Positions 26,128 through 34,899 of a stretch of DNA of 64,000 bases are shown one piece after another (the stretch's first letter is position 1; every line of letters starts with the position of its first letter). The position numbers were made by a program, and so were the translations under genes. The DNA comes from Candidatus Saccharimonadales bacterium (GTDB lineage: Bacteria > Patescibacteriota > Saccharimonadia > Saccharimonadales > 2-12-FULL-41-12): assembly GCA_035700225.1 (NCBI GenBank), contig DASSOT010000003.1, forward strand, positions 111 to 64,110. The letters are read 5' to 3'. Below the pieces are notes generated by a model. That model saw only the letters and a list, made by a program, of their open reading frames with translations. It did no database searches and was not told where the DNA came from.

Positions 26128-26898
26128 TCAACGCTTCGGCGGACGGGGTATGAGCACGGAAGTATGTTTCTTATACTCCTGGTATTTTTGGTCGTTTTCG
26201 TATTTTTTCTCGAGGATGGGCACGCCTGAAAACCGCGTTATCAGGTAGGTTATGGCAAAAGTTCCGATAAGCCCCCAGTAATTCCCCGCCGAGCAAGCCA
26301 CGATTCCGGCGCCTACCCAGGCGGTAATCTCGCCGAAATAATTCGGGTGCCGGCTATAGCGCCAAAGACCGCTGGTCATAATTCCACCTTTCTTTTTCCC
26401 GCTTCGGATGAAGCGTTGCAGTTGGGCATCAGCTATCGCCTCAAAGACAATCCCCAAACCCCACACAGCCAGACCCAAAAAGGCAACGGGGCGGTTGAAA
26501 TCTTCGGCGATTATCGCGCCTATCGATGCCATGCTGATAACCAATATCAGAGCGCCTTGGGCCAGGAAAAGACGGATATAAACGAGCCTGTTCAGTCTGC
26601 GTGCAAATTTTTTACGGTATATGGTGTAGCGTTCGTCTTCTTCTTTGTGCATATTCCTGGCGGTGATGTGCAGAAAAAGCCGTACGCCCCACAAGCTCAC
26701 CAGCGCCAGGCTTAGCAGTGGGATAGGCTGATAATTTCCGAGTATTACCATGGAGATTCCTGCCAGATATACAAACCCCAGCCCCCATGCGCTATCGACA
26801 GAATCGATGCGTTTAAGATATAGGAATCCGAACACATACCATGCGCTCATGTATACCAACATCGTCAGAGCCAGCAGAAGGAACAACCCGACCAACAT
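26128..26898 (-). CDS. DUF1295 / steroid 5-alpha-reductase-like membrane protein
   Basis: VDSAWG, EDERY, EAIADAQL and GLWRYSRHPNYFGE. Confidence 0.9.
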   Translation of the reverse strand: MLVGLFLLLALTMLVYMSAWYVFGFLYLKRIDSVDSAWGLGFVYLAGISMVILGNYQPIPLLSLALVSLWGVRLFLHITARNMHKEEDERYTIYRKKFARRLNRLVYIRLFLAQGALILVISMASIGAIIAEDFNRPVAFLGLAVWGLGIVFEAIADAQLQRFIRSGKKKGGIMTSGLWRYSRHPNYFGEITAWVGAGIVACSAGNYWGLIGTFAITYLITRFSGVPILEKKYENDQKYQEYKKHTSVLIPRPPKR

Positions 26899-27470
26899 CA
26901 GTTTGCCTCTATACCCAGTTCGTTCAGTTCCGCTTTGAGGCTGGCGAGATCTTTGTAATGTATAGCCGTTATGCCCAGAGTGCGCGCCGAGTCGGTATTG
27001 TAGGAATTATCGTCTATGAAAACTGTTTCCGCCGGTTCTACGCCCAGCTTTTCAACGGTTAGTTTGAATATTTCCGGGTCCGGTTTGATTATTCCGACTT
27101 CCGAAGAGATTATATCGACATCAAACAGCCCGGCTATGCCGTGTTCTTCCAATATAGGGCGCAGATAAGCATTGCTGGCATTTGAAAGCAAGCCTATCTT
27201 ATAGCTTTTCTTCAGTTCTTTTATCAGATTGACAAGAGATTCATCTATCATCCTGTCATCATAAAAAGCTTCTTTTATTTCCGCCTCGGTCTGCTTGCTT
27301 AAAGCGCTCAGTCTTTGAAAAAATTCCTGCCAGGTTATCAGATTCTTGTCTACCATGTCGGAAAGGTCGGCGAATTCACCCCCGCGCTTGAAACCATGTT
27401 TGTTCAGCCAGCGCTGATACGGATCCGCGTGAATCACGCCGAAAAAGTCAAAGATTACGGCCTTGTACAT
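26898..27470 (-). CDS. HAD-IA family phosphatase
   Basis: IFDFFGV, LLSN, KPDPEIF and FIDD. Confidence 0.9.
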   Translation of the reverse strand: MYKAVIFDFFGVIHADPYQRWLNKHGFKRGGEFADLSDMVDKNLITWQEFFQRLSALSKQTEAEIKEAFYDDRMIDESLVNLIKELKKSYKIGLLSNASNAYLRPILEEHGIAGLFDVDIISSEVGIIKPDPEIFKLTVEKLGVEPAETVFIDDNSYNTDSARTLGITAIHYKDLASLKAELNELGIEAN

Positions 27471-27509
27471 CCCTCAATTGTAGCAACTTGGTTGCTTGTG
27501 AGAGTAAGG

Positions 27510-28442
27510 TTATTTCGTTTTTGCCGTCTGTTTGGCCAAAGCGAGCTTATTAGCATCTTTGGCTATGAGGTATATGGATCCGGTCAAAACAAGGGCCCCT
27601 ATGCCCTGCGTCAGCGTCAGGCCCTGTTCCAGCCAGATGTAACCGACTATCACGGCTGATAGTGGCCAGGCTAGCTCCAGCAGGGCGGCTCTGGAAGCCA
27701 GCACCCGCTTCAAACCGAAATAATAAATCAACAAGGCGACCATACCGGTAGAGAAAGTAATCGCCACCAGATATTTAAACTGGCTGAAGGTTATAGAGCC
27801 AAGCGAAGCCGCACTGCCTGACAAAAATACGAAGCCGAGCGCGAAAAACGGCGTGATGCCGAAGCGCAAGGCCGTGATGTGCAATGTAGAAGTATCTTTC
27901 AGGGCGTATTTGGAAAAAGCCGTCGAGCTACCCCATGCGGCGGCGGCGCCGACAGCATAAAGCGCGGCTATTACCGTCCCGCTACCCGTCGAAAGATTCA
28001 CGCTCAAGCTGGGGAACGTTACGAAATATGCGGCCACCAGCGAAATTACGGCCAGCCCCATAAAGCGCCTGCTGAGCGGCTCGCGCAAAAGCAAAGCGGC
28101 GGCCGTGATGGCAAACACCGGGTTCAGTTGTTGTAAAAGCACCACTACGGAGAAATCGATGAAATTTATCCGCCCTAAAGCGGCCGTATACAGGATAGTT
28201 CCGACTGCGCCGGAGAGAAAAGCTACCCCTGTGATGGCATACCATTGCTTGCGCGTTAACTCCTTGAACGATTTGAAAGATTTCAACGCGAACGGAGCCA
28301 GTATTATCAGCCCGAACAGATGTTCGTAGAACACGATTATCGACGGAGGAAGCGTGTAAAGATGCCTCCGAAGCAACCCGTCCACACTGAAAAGCAATGC
28401 CGCTAAAATCAGAGCGACAGAGCCGAACTTAATATATTTCAT
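27510..28442 (-). CDS. EamA/DMT transporter, probable riboflavin importer (RibN-like)
   Basis: ~10 TMs in two EamA repeats (LLQQLNPVF..LLREP); FMN riboswitch upstream. Confidence 0.8.
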   Translation of the reverse strand: MKYIKFGSVALILAALLFSVDGLLRRHLYTLPPSIIVFYEHLFGLIILAPFALKSFKSFKELTRKQWYAITGVAFLSGAVGTILYTAALGRINFIDFSVVVLLQQLNPVFAITAAALLLREPLSRRFMGLAVISLVAAYFVTFPSLSVNLSTGSGTVIAALYAVGAAAAWGSSTAFSKYALKDTSTLHITALRFGITPFFALGFVFLSGSAASLGSITFSQFKYLVAITFSTGMVALLIYYFGLKRVLASRAALLELAWPLSAVIVGYIWLEQGLTLTQGIGALVLTGSIYLIAKDANKLALAKQTAKTK

Positions 28443-28489
28443 TTTTACCCTTTCTGTTGCCTGCTAGCAACACCCGCTTTTTATAAACG

Positions 28490-28598
28490 GGTCCCGACTA
28501 TACGGTCGGCTCATGATTTTCACATGATCATCCCCTTTGAAGAAAGAGGTCGACGGCTGTTACGTCCGATTGGCGAATTTCACGCCACCCACAGGAAA
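28490..28598 (-). ncRNA. FMN riboswitch (atypical)
   Basis: Minus strand GGCG-TGAAATT-CGCC..CGGACGTAACAGCCGTCGA..TGATCATGTGAAAATCATGA-GCCGACCGTATAGTCGGGA follows the RFN architecture. Confidence 0.85.
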
Positions 28599-28663
28599 TT
28601 AAATTTTATTGCACGATATATATTACACCAACACATCAGGGCGCTCAAACACAAATTGAAAGC

Positions 28664-29026
28664 TTACCAGACGCCGACAAGATGCGTCGCAACAAGAGCC
28701 AACGCTACTACAAGGATACCGCCGGTCTGTATGAAGGGCTCGTGGCCCAGCTCAGGCAGTTCGCCTCTGCGTATGGCCTTGTCGGCCGCTTTGAAGCGTA
28801 TATAGCCCACTACGGCCATAAATGCACCGAGCATGACTACTGCGGTACCGAAGATGTTCTGGGTGGCGGCGTCTTCTCCGGCAAGCTGGATGAGCGCTAT
28901 GCCTCCGGCCAGCACGGCCAAAGCTGTGCGCACCCAAGCCAGGAGCGTGCGCTCGTTGGCCAGCAGGAACCGGGCATCCACGTCCAGTTCATCCTTCTTT
29001 GGATTTTTCTTCTTAGTTTTAACCAT
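28664..29026 (-). CDS. DUF202 / YidH-family membrane protein
   Basis: RFLLANERTLLAWVRTAL signature. Confidence 0.9.
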   Translation of the reverse strand: MVKTKKKNPKKDELDVDARFLLANERTLLAWVRTALAVLAGGIALIQLAGEDAATQNIFGTAVVMLGAFMAVVGYIRFKAADKAIRRGELPELGHEPFIQTGGILVVALALVATHLVGVW

Positions 29027-29174
29027 CTAGGTACTTATAGGGTAAGGTATTTCTCTCTCGGCAGTCAAGCTTATCTATAGAGCATTATGCCGAATACGAC
29101 CAGAGTGCGACTATAACCCAGAGAGCCAAAGCATATCTACCATGCTGAATCCAGCTTGAAGACTGAAATCAGCA

Positions 29175-29304
29175 TGGTATACCAAGGCAGGATTCGGTCA
29201 CGTTCCGCGACCCCGAAACTTCATCTTTGAAAACAAGTTTTCAAGAGAAGATTTCCTTGCGAAATGCCCCCGGCATTTCTCACCTGTGACCCTCGCAGGT
29301 TCGA
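29175..29304 (-). repeat. Degenerate copy of the tRNA-Arg 3' half, interrupted in the T-loop by an 85-nt structured insert
   Basis: GGTCACAGGT[insert]CGAATCCTGCCTTGGTATACCA versus tRNA GGTCACAGGTTCGAATCCTGTCGGGTGTACCA. Confidence 0.75.
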
Positions 29305-29350
29305 GCCATGAGATTCCATGACAAAACCCGGCAAAAACCGGGCCATGTCA

Positions 29351-29427
29351 TGGTACACCCGACAGGATTCGAACCTGTGACCTCCGGCTCCGCAAGCCGA
29401 CGTTCTATCCAGCTGAACTACGGGTGC
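29351..29427 (-). tRNA. tRNA-Arg(GCG)
   Basis: GCACCCG acceptor, anticodon loop TTGCGGA, GGTTCGAATCC and ACCA end. Confidence 0.93.
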
Positions 29428-29474
29428 GCAAATATACGCGTAACAGAGGTTATTTTACAGGTATAGTTGAAAAA

Positions 29475-30017
29475 TTAAAAGTTAAGTTTGCGCGCCAGCT
29501 TGTCAACGGTGCGCTCCGTATGTTCGCTGTGTGGCAGATGGTCGGAAAGGAAACTGACGATTGCCGCCTCCTGGTCGGGCGGAAAGTATAGTGAAAGTTC
29601 CGGCATAAAACGTTTCAAAGGCATGAAGTTGATACTCCTTATACCGTCTTCCTGGGCAAGGCCGAAGGAGCGGAAAAGATTGTAAGGATAAAACTTTTTG
29701 TCTATCGTTATGCCCTCGTCGTTGATTTCAAAGGTCAGTTGATGTGGTTTTCTGCCCGCCAAAATCAAAAAGATTATACCGGCCATAGCTATCGCCACGA
29801 CAGAGATAATATCTTTGGTAAGCAAATACACGAGCACGCTCAGTACGACTATCCCCAAGAAGAAGACTGTGTACCAGCCGCTACTTTTATGGCGATGAAC
29901 GAATTCCGAAGCCGTCCAGGTTATCGGCTTTTTATTTTTGGGCTGTTCGGGTTTTGGATTGGCGGCAGGTTCTTCAGGCTTGTATGCCCATGTTGCTTTT
30001 TCATCTTGTGGAGGCAT
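29475..30017 (-). CDS. Two-TM hypothetical protein with a PH-like C-terminal domain
   Basis: ITWTASEF..KSSGWY, two TMs and a GITID..FYPY motif. Confidence 0.75.
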   Translation of the reverse strand: MPPQDEKATWAYKPEEPAANPKPEQPKNKKPITWTASEFVHRHKSSGWYTVFFLGIVVLSVLVYLLTKDIISVVAIAMAGIIFLILAGRKPHQLTFEINDEGITIDKKFYPYNLFRSFGLAQEDGIRSINFMPLKRFMPELSLYFPPDQEAAIVSFLSDHLPHSEHTERTVDKLARKLNF

Positions 30018-30118
30018 AAGCACATTGTATCCAAATATCCGTTCTTCTACCAGCTTGGCGAGTGACAACCGAGGTTAATATTGATATACTTTACATCTGT
30101 TAAAATAGACAACGATAC

Positions 30119-30211
30119 GGAGAGGTACCCAAGTGGCTGAAGGGGACGGTTTGCTAAATCGTTAGGGGGGCGCAAGCTCCCGCGAGGGTTCGAATCCCTC
30201 TCTCTCCGCCA
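30119..30211 (+). tRNA. tRNA-Ser(GCT)
   Basis: ACGGT-TTGCTAA-ATCGT anticodon arm, long variable arm, T-loop and GCCA. Confidence 0.95.
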
Positions 30212-30337
30212 TGGAAAGTGCCGGGCTCTCATGCCCGGCGGTTTTCATGACATAGGGTTTGAACAGAAACATGGCCGGGCGACTGCCCAGGGTTTGTTTC
30301 TGGCCAGACGAAAGAGAATCCTTCTATCCGCCGATTT

Positions 30338-30366
30338 TTGACAAAAATTTTTTTATCTCCTAAGAT
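30338..30366 (+). promoter_or_regulatory. Near-consensus sigma70 promoter
   Basis: TTGACA (30338-43), 17 nt, TAAGAT (30361-66), then 8 nt to the leader ATG. Confidence 0.85.
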
Positions 30367-30374
30367 TACACCTG

Positions 30375-30437
30375 ATGATTATATTTGAAAGCCAGCCGAT
30401 GATGATGCCTATGTTACGCCCTAGGCCGGTTCAATAA
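30375..30437 (+). CDS. Met-rich leader peptide MIIFESQPMMMPMLRPRPVQ
   Basis: 20-codon ORF at the predicted start of transcription with ATG ATG ATG CCT ATG; its 3' part overlaps the antiterminator strand. Confidence 0.8.
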   Translation: MIIFESQPMMMPMLRPRPVQ

Positions 30438-30482
30438 TTGCTATAAACTAAAAACTTTACCGGCCTAGGGCCGGTTTTTTTA
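30418..30482 (+). terminator. Attenuator: antiterminator 30418-30430/30459-30471 versus terminator 30459-30482
   Basis: GCCCTAGGCCGGT is the exact reverse complement of ACCGGCCTAGGGC; the terminator is ACCGGCC-TAG-GGCCGGT followed by a T-run. Confidence 0.85.
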
Positions 30483-30514
30483 TATTCAATACTAATAGAG
30501 AAGAAAGCAAAGGT

Positions 30515-31747
30515 ATGACATCAAATAATTCGGCTCAAACACAGGGTTCTTTGGGGCCTGCTTCATTTGAGGTCGCCCCAGGCCGCCTGGAAACGATTGA
30601 AGAACTCGATGCCTCTTGGAAAGAAAAAAATTTATCTAATCCAACTGCGGGCGGGATATATCTTAGGGATGTGGACCCTAATGTTGTCGCTGTTGAGCGG
30701 CAACTCTCCGGTGTAACAATTCCCTATCAGCGTCTTGTCGTAGCTCTTACTTCGGGAGAAGCGGCAGTAGATACAGCCATAGGTTCATCATTGTCTCTGT
30801 CAGGAAAGAACAAAAACGGAGCACCGCTTCTTGCCTGTGCGGAGGAGGTATATCCGCCTACCGCAAAAATGGTTGAGGATTATAAAAACATGGGAGTGAA
30901 AACAATCAAATTCAATAGCGGCGATCCTGATAGCACAAACCGCGTTATGGACACCGCGCCCGATGTAGTGTTCCTGGAAACTGTTTCAAATACGCCGGAA
31001 ATGCCCGTAGCAAATGTTTTTAGATGGCTTGATTGGAACCGTGCCGGAGGGAATGAAACCACATTGCTTTTTGACCACACCTTGCTAAAGAAAACTGGTT
31101 TTGATTTTGCCCCCGTACTTAGGCCTGATGATAATGTGCTGGTTGCTGAAAGCATCAGCAAGGCCGAACTCCTAAATGGCGTTGCGGGAGTAGGCGGCGT
31201 GATATACGGAGGTAATGAGGCTCTCATAAGCGAGGTCAGGCGGTACCGGACAAATCACGGGCCGGTTATAACCAGCGCCGGGGCGGAAGTTTTTTCAAAA
31301 ATTTTGGAAGTGTCGTTGCCTGGATTTCATAAAAGAAACAAAAAACTTTTTGAAAATACCGGCAAAATAGCACTCGCTTTTCATGAAGCAAAAGAAGAGT
31401 TAGGAGAAGAAGCTGATTTCGACATATCCTATCCTACCCTTCCAAACCACCCCAACCATGATTATGCCAGGAGACATCTACATAACGGAGTTTCTCCTGT
31501 TGCATTTGTCTCCAGCCAAGACACGGCCGAAGGGGCTGGCAGGGGATTGCTGGAAAGGATAACTTCCCATCCGAGTATCAAGGACCAAATTCGTAAAGGG
31601 CGGGGGTTTTTTGGACAGAGTTTCGGGTTTTCTGAAGCTACCTTCTTCTATCGTCCGGGGTTTTCCTTTGCACGGTTCTCCGGAGGATACGATATGGATG
31701 CGGATGAATTCAGCGGTGCTATCAAGGAAGCGGCCATCGATATATGA
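30515..31747 (+). CDS. Divergent Cys/Met-metabolism PLP-dependent enzyme (cystathionine gamma-synthase/lyase fold)
   Basis: TSGEAA, FLETVSN, FDHT, ESISK (PLP Lys), YPTLPNHPNH and QSFG correspond to family motifs. Confidence 0.8.
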   Translation: MTSNNSAQTQGSLGPASFEVAPGRLETIEELDASWKEKNLSNPTAGGIYLRDVDPNVVAVERQLSGVTIPYQRLVVALTSGEAAVDTAIGSSLSLSGKNKNGAPLLACAEEVYPPTAKMVEDYKNMGVKTIKFNSGDPDSTNRVMDTAPDVVFLETVSNTPEMPVANVFRWLDWNRAGGNETTLLFDHTLLKKTGFDFAPVLRPDDNVLVAESISKAELLNGVAGVGGVIYGGNEALISEVRRYRTNHGPVITSAGAEVFSKILEVSLPGFHKRNKKLFENTGKIALAFHEAKEELGEEADFDISYPTLPNHPNHDYARRHLHNGVSPVAFVSSQDTAEGAGRGLLERITSHPSIKDQIRKGRGFFGQSFGFSEATFFYRPGFSFARFSGGYDMDADEFSGAIKEAAIDI

Positions 31748-31753
31748 GCAATG

Positions 31754-32380
31754 CTAATCTCTACTGTGTATCACCACTAATTTTCGATTTCCTAAATCTA
31801 TTTCGGCCATATCTGAAATCATTTCATTGCTTATGCCGGTATTTCCTTGTAGCGAAAGGGTGTATTTTGCCAAATCATATTTCAGGCCGCTGGAAAATTC
31901 AGCCTTAACATCACCGAAAACCGGTATGAAAGATATGGCGTCGCCTTTTTTGCCCCTGATGATAACTTTACCCGTTATCATATAAATTTCCTGGTTTCCT
32001 TCGATAATCTTCAGCTTTATGCCAACAAAATCCTGCTTATTCAACAGGTATATGTTGCCTAGCATATGGTCGACCCGTCTCCCCAGCAGGGCGACCAGGA
32101 TTACTTCGCCGGCCCCCTGTTTAATGGCATAGCGGATAGCGGCCTCGGAATCCGTATAGTCCTTATCCTCGGGATGCTCGATGATTTCTATGTCTTCGCG
32201 AAGTAGGCTTTTGTCAAAGGAGTCGAAATCGCCGACTATCGCGTACGGTTTATAGCCCAAAGCGGTTATGTGTTTCGAACCTCCGTCGCAACCGATGAGC
32301 AGAGTTTTGCTGTCGATATAGCTTTTTATATGGGTTAAATCAGCACAGTCGCCATTAAGGAAAATCACCGCCCTATTCAT
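31754..32380 (-). CDS. thiN: Thiamine pyrophosphokinase
   Basis: GCDGG, VGDFDS, DKDYTDSE, GRRVDH, GLKY and GISNE. Confidence 0.93.
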   Translation of the reverse strand: MNRAVIFLNGDCADLTHIKSYIDSKTLLIGCDGGSKHITALGYKPYAIVGDFDSFDKSLLREDIEIIEHPEDKDYTDSEAAIRYAIKQGAGEVILVALLGRRVDHMLGNIYLLNKQDFVGIKLKIIEGNQEIYMITGKVIIRGKKGDAISFIPVFGDVKAEFSSGLKYDLAKYTLSLQGNTGISNEMISDMAEIDLGNRKLVVIHSRD

Positions 32381-33128
32381 CGCCGTACCTCCAGGGCATT
32401 AAGGCTTTTTGTGCGAACGCTACGAGCGCCAGCAGTACCAAAGTAAGCGCCACTATCACGAAGATTGATGCGAACACCAGGTCTATCGCCCGGGAGTGCG
32501 CCGCCGTCTGCATGAATATCCCGAGCCCCTTGTAGGCCCCGACATATTCGCCGACTATCGCGCCTGTAACCGCGTACGTGGTGCTTATTTTGAGGCCGGA
32601 AAAGAAAGCCGGCATGGCGGAAGGGAACTGCACGTAGCGCAATATCTGTAATCGGGTAGCCTTCATGCTTTTCATCAGGTCAACCAGATGTTCAGGGGTG
32701 CCTAAAAGCCCATCGGAAACGGCCACGGCTATAGGGAAAAAGCCGTACAATGCGACGATTATCACCTTGGGCATTACGCCGAACCCGAACCAGAGGATAA
32801 GAAGTGGCGCCAGCGCGATTATAGGTATGGTCTGGGAAGATGCCAGCAGGGGATAAACGGTTTTTCTGAGGCGCGCTGACAAGAATATCCCCGCACCGAT
32901 GAGCGTACCCAGCACAATGGCTAAAAACAGGCCGTACAGCGTTTCCAAGAGCGTCTGCCAGGTGTGTTCCAGTATGATAGCCCGGTAATCGACCAAGGCG
33001 CTCCATACATCGCTTGGAGCCGGCAGGACGAACTTATCGACAAACCCGGCTTGTGCGTAGGCCTGCCATAGGAGTAAGAACAAAGCAAATACCGCAACCG
33101 CGGGAAAATACGAGCTGGCGCGTTTCAC
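32373..33128 (-). CDS. ABC permease, ThiX-like
   Basis: SsuC/TauC-type: LPAPS, QTIPIIALAPL and GAIVGEY. Confidence 0.9.
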   Translation of the reverse strand: MKRASSYFPAVAVFALFLLLWQAYAQAGFVDKFVLPAPSDVWSALVDYRAIILEHTWQTLLETLYGLFLAIVLGTLIGAGIFLSARLRKTVYPLLASSQTIPIIALAPLLILWFGFGVMPKVIIVALYGFFPIAVAVSDGLLGTPEHLVDLMKSMKATRLQILRYVQFPSAMPAFFSGLKISTTYAVTGAIVGEYVGAYKGLGIFMQTAAHSRAIDLVFASIFVIVALTLVLLALVAFAQKALMPWRYGDE

Positions 33129-33862
33129 CCCTTTACCCCCAGCAGTACATTGAGCCGTTTTTCCAGCTTTTTAGCTTTTTCCAGATGTAGATGGCGGTGT
33201 TTCCTGGGCCTGGGCAAATCCACCTCCAGCCTTTCCTTTATAGTGCCCGGACGCCCGCTCATGACGTAGATGGTATCTGATAAGAATATCGCTTCGCGGA
33301 TGTCATGCGTCACGCATACCACCGCAGGCCGGGATTTCTGCCAAAGGTCTAGGAGCCAGCTCTGCATATTAACGCGTGTTATGGCATCCAGGGCGGAAAA
33401 AGGTTCATCAAGGAGTAGTAGTCTGGGGTTCGTCAGCACAGACCGGATTAAGACTGCTTTTTGTTGCATGCCTCCGGAGAGCGCCCTGGGGTATGCTTCC
33501 GCGAATTCGCTTAAATCGAACTCCTGTAACATTTTACGGGCCTTATTACGTGCGGTTTTAGTGCCGGTTTTTCGGATTTCGGCAGGCAACATCATATTAT
33601 CCTCTATGGTGCGCCAGGGCAGGAGGCTGGGACTCTGCGGCAGGTAAGCCGTCTTTTTTATGACATTTACATCTCCCGAGGAATGCTCAAGAATACCTCC
33701 TGCAATCTTTAGCAGGGTGCTCTTACCACAGCCGTTCGGGCCGACCACGCAGACGAACTCATTCTTTTCTACGGATAAATCAACACCTGAGAGCGCCTTT
33801 ATGGTCTTGCCGGAGCTTTTGTAATCCTTGCCGGCGTTTTTTACGGTAAGCGCGCGGGTCAA
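33125..33862 (-). CDS. ABC ATPase, ThiZ-like
   Basis: GPNGCGKST, LSGGMQQ, LLLDEPF and VTHD. Confidence 0.92.
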   Translation of the reverse strand: MTRALTVKNAGKDYKSSGKTIKALSGVDLSVEKNEFVCVVGPNGCGKSTLLKIAGGILEHSSGDVNVIKKTAYLPQSPSLLPWRTIEDNMMLPAEIRKTGTKTARNKARKMLQEFDLSEFAEAYPRALSGGMQQKAVLIRSVLTNPRLLLLDEPFSALDAITRVNMQSWLLDLWQKSRPAVVCVTHDIREAIFLSDTIYVMSGRPGTIKERLEVDLPRPRKHRHLHLEKAKKLEKRLNVLLGVKG

Positions 33863-33870
33863 CTCGGCTC

Positions 33871-34896
33871 CTATGGCAGGAATTCGTTAGTGAACAGCGA
33901 GCTGAAATCAAGCGTGCTTACAGGTTTGCCGGAAGAGTCCGTAACGGTACCTTTGTCCAGCATGAACTGCGGATATTTGCGCCAATATGCCGGATCCTGC
34001 ACGCCCCAGGCCTTGCCATCATCCTGATATAGAGGGCTCAGGTAGCCCTGGCTGTCGTATACCAATGATTCATCCGGAAAAGTACCAGGCTGTGTGTTCT
34101 TAATAAGCAGTTTTGCCGACTCTTCAGGGTGGCTTCGGGCGTATTCATACCCTTTTGCCGTAGCGGCCATGAATTTCTTTAGCGCGTCATGCTTGTTTTT
34201 GATTGTTTCAGGCGAAGATATGATGTTGGGCGTAGAATAATCAGGTATGCCCCAGTCCTGGAGCGTAAAAGTCTTGAGCTGTAAACCTTCGTGTTTGGCT
34301 TGGATACCTTCCCAGCCGTTGAAAACCCAGGCGAAATCAATGCTTTTATCCTTGAGCGCCTGCAAGGGGGAAGTATTCACGGTAACCGTCTTGAAATCGC
34401 CACTGCCGCCGGCATTTTTGATAACTTGTCCCATCACGGCTTTTTCATAAGGCGCGCCAAACCCGCCGAAAGTTTTGCCGTCCAGCTGGGCGGGCGAGGT
34501 TATCCCGGAATCTTTGCGCACAGCTATAACAGAGGTGTTATGGGCTATTATCGAGGCTATGGAAACCACGTCTGAGCCGACTGCCGCATCGGATACTATG
34601 TATTCAGTGAATCCTATTCCGGTATCTGCTTTGCCGGTAGCGACAAGCACGTCGGATGAAGCGCTGTCGGAATAGGGGAGTATTTTCAAGTCAATCCCCT
34701 GGTCCTTATACCAGCCCTTGGCTTGGGCCACATATATGCCGGTGTGGTTCGTGTTCGGCGTCCAGTCCAATGCCAATGATATCGGCGTCAAATCCTTAGA
34801 CTGTTCCCGGCCATTGCTACCGGCCTTCTGCCAAAAAGCCCATCCGGCTACGGCTATTAGCACCGCTAGCAGTGCTATGTAAATATTTTTTTTCAT
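33871..34896 (-). CDS. NMT1/THI5 (ThiY-like) thiamine-precursor substrate-binding protein
   Basis: LDWTPNTNHTG motif, N-terminal anchor and TPP riboswitch; ATG at 34896 follows GGGAG. Confidence 0.9.
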   Translation of the reverse strand: MKKNIYIALLAVLIAVAGWAFWQKAGSNGREQSKDLTPISLALDWTPNTNHTGIYVAQAKGWYKDQGIDLKILPYSDSASSDVLVATGKADTGIGFTEYIVSDAAVGSDVVSIASIIAHNTSVIAVRKDSGITSPAQLDGKTFGGFGAPYEKAVMGQVIKNAGGSGDFKTVTVNTSPLQALKDKSIDFAWVFNGWEGIQAKHEGLQLKTFTLQDWGIPDYSTPNIISSPETIKNKHDALKKFMAATAKGYEYARSHPEESAKLLIKNTQPGTFPDESLVYDSQGYLSPLYQDDGKAWGVQDPAYWRKYPQFMLDKGTVTDSSGKPVSTLDFSSLFTNEFLP

Positions 34897-34899
34897 CTG

